In this document: positions 26,279 through 27,073 of the stretch, piece by piece | Numbering within the stretch: the first letter of the stretch is position 1 | How the letters are laid out: each line of letters begins with the position of its first letter | IMG/VR virus record: IMGVR_UViG_3300005805_000386 | Span: 1-27,073 of that record | DNA: 27,073 nt | Origin: a virus | Lineage: Duplodnaviria > Caudoviricetes | Strand: one strand, 5' to 3' | Made by a program: the position numbers and the translations under genes | The notes under the pieces: generated by a model | What the model was told of the DNA's origin: nothing | What the model saw: only the letters and a program-made list of their open reading frames with translations | Database searches by the model: none

Positions 26279-26485
26279 ATGATAAATTGGCTAAAAAGAT
26301 TGATCTGTAAGTATTGGGGGCATGATTACGGTAAAGGCTACTGCCATAAACCGTTTCATATTAGTTCACTTAGTTCTGGTGTTAGTTACTCTTACGAGTG
26401 TCGAAGATGCGGTTATGTAAGTATTGACTATGACTTTTATGACCGCACCTGCGATTGGTTAAACAATAAATGTGATTGGAGATAA
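26279..26485 (+). CDS. DUF1660-like small Cys/His protein
   Basis: L.C...GH.Y ... C.RCG pattern and GGAG RBS. Confidence 0.65.
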   Translation: MINWLKRLICKYWGHDYGKGYCHKPFHISSLSSGVSYSYECRRCGYVSIDYDFYDRTCDWLNNKCDWR

Positions 26486-26486
26486 T

Positions 26487-26870
26487 ATGAGCACAATAAC
26501 AATAAACGGCATTACATATATGCCAGTGGTACAAGAAAACGGCAACGATTGGGCGAAAATTACATACACTAAACTGCAAGAAGTTGGTGGCGTGTATGTA
26601 ATCATCCGCACTTATTCAGCAGGAGTCCATGCAGGGTACTTGCACAAGCGAGAAGGCAAAGAGGTGACGTTAAAAAATGCTAGGCGCATCTGGTACTGGG
26701 AAGGTGCAGCATCCTTAAGTCAGATGGCACTTGAAGGAGTTAAGAAGCCTGAAAAGTGTAAGTTCAGCGTAGCAGTACCAGAAATTTTACTACTGGAGGC
26801 AATCGAAGTAATTCCTTGTACCGATGCAGCTATGAAAAACATCCAAGAGGTTCCTGAGTGGAAGGTGTAG
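26487..26870 (+). CDS. DUF6948-like phage protein
   Basis: YVI.RTYSAGVH.G, L.NARR.W.W.GA.SLSQ.A..G and EAIE.IPC motifs. Start moved to ATG 26487, which has a GGAG RBS. Confidence 0.75.
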   Translation: MSTITINGITYMPVVQENGNDWAKITYTKLQEVGGVYVIIRTYSAGVHAGYLHKREGKEVTLKNARRIWYWEGAASLSQMALEGVKKPEKCKFSVAVPEILLLEAIEVIPCTDAAMKNIQEVPEWKV

Positions 26871-27019
26871 TTATTGATTCAGACTCAGGGTATGGGGCTG
26901 GAGATGGTTATGGATATGGTTCAGGCGGTGGCAGTGGCACTGGCGGTGGCTCTGGCTCAGGCTGGGGCGCTGGCGCTGGTGATGGCTCTGGCGCTGGAAC
27001 AGGAGGGGAGAAAGAGTAG
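26858..27019 (+). CDS. Gly-rich (Gly-X)n peptide, 53 aa, missed by the ORF track
   Basis: GTG start after GAGG. Translates as MEGVVIDSDSGYGAGDGYGYGSGGGSGTGGGSGSGWGAGAGDGSGAGTGGEKE. Gly codons use varied third positions. Confidence 0.7.
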   Translation: MEGVVIDSDSGYGAGDGYGYGSGGGSGTGGGSGSGWGAGAGDGSGAGTGGEKE

Positions 27020-27073
27020 TGGAAGATGTAGTAGACACCGATTTTGGTGGCAATTATAGCAATGGCGGTGGCG
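27019..27073 (+). CDS. Second Gly-rich peptide, truncated by the window edge
   Basis: TAGTG stop-start overlap with GGAG upstream. Reads MEDVVDTDFGGNYSNGGG..., with an N-terminus resembling the previous peptide. Confidence 0.55.
   Translation, partial: MEDVVDTDFGGNYSNGGG

Noticed and set aside
26871-27059. Track ORFs 26874..27059 (+) and 26871..27053 (-)
   Set aside because: The VAVALA and QRQSH patterns are out-of-frame and antisense readings of the GGN-rich Gly peptide gene.
1-27073. Prophage status, host identity, DGR/retron or alternative genetic code
   Set aside because: No integrase, att site, host genes or reverse transcriptase were seen. Genes are intact under the standard code and all three stop codons are used.

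Overview
This is a 27-kb segment of a tailed dsDNA phage (podovirus-like Caudoviricetes) with two divergent arms. The minus strand (18440->4) is a virion morphogenesis arm: probable small terminase, large terminase, long-barrel portal, two fibre-like proteins, scaffold, major capsid protein, decoration-like proteins, head-tail adaptor, nozzle and several ejection-like proteins. The plus strand (19094->end) opens with a compositionally distinct two-gene cassette (COOH-NH2 amidoligase plus class II glutamine amidotransferase) bracketed by structured non-coding DNA. It continues with a recombination/replication block (Gp157-like, RecT-like, VapE-type ATPase, iteron-like origin), an RHH regulator and small accessory genes, ending in a DUF6948-like gene followed by tandem Gly-rich peptide genes the ORF track misses. 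I saw no integrase, lysis cassette, DNA polymerase, tRNA or CRISPR array, so host and lifestyle cannot be assigned. Protein calls come from motifs and gene order read by eye, not from database searches. The best leads are the insulated amidoligase/GATase cassette, a shared GT(G/T)ATATA operator-like box network and the Gly-rich peptide array.
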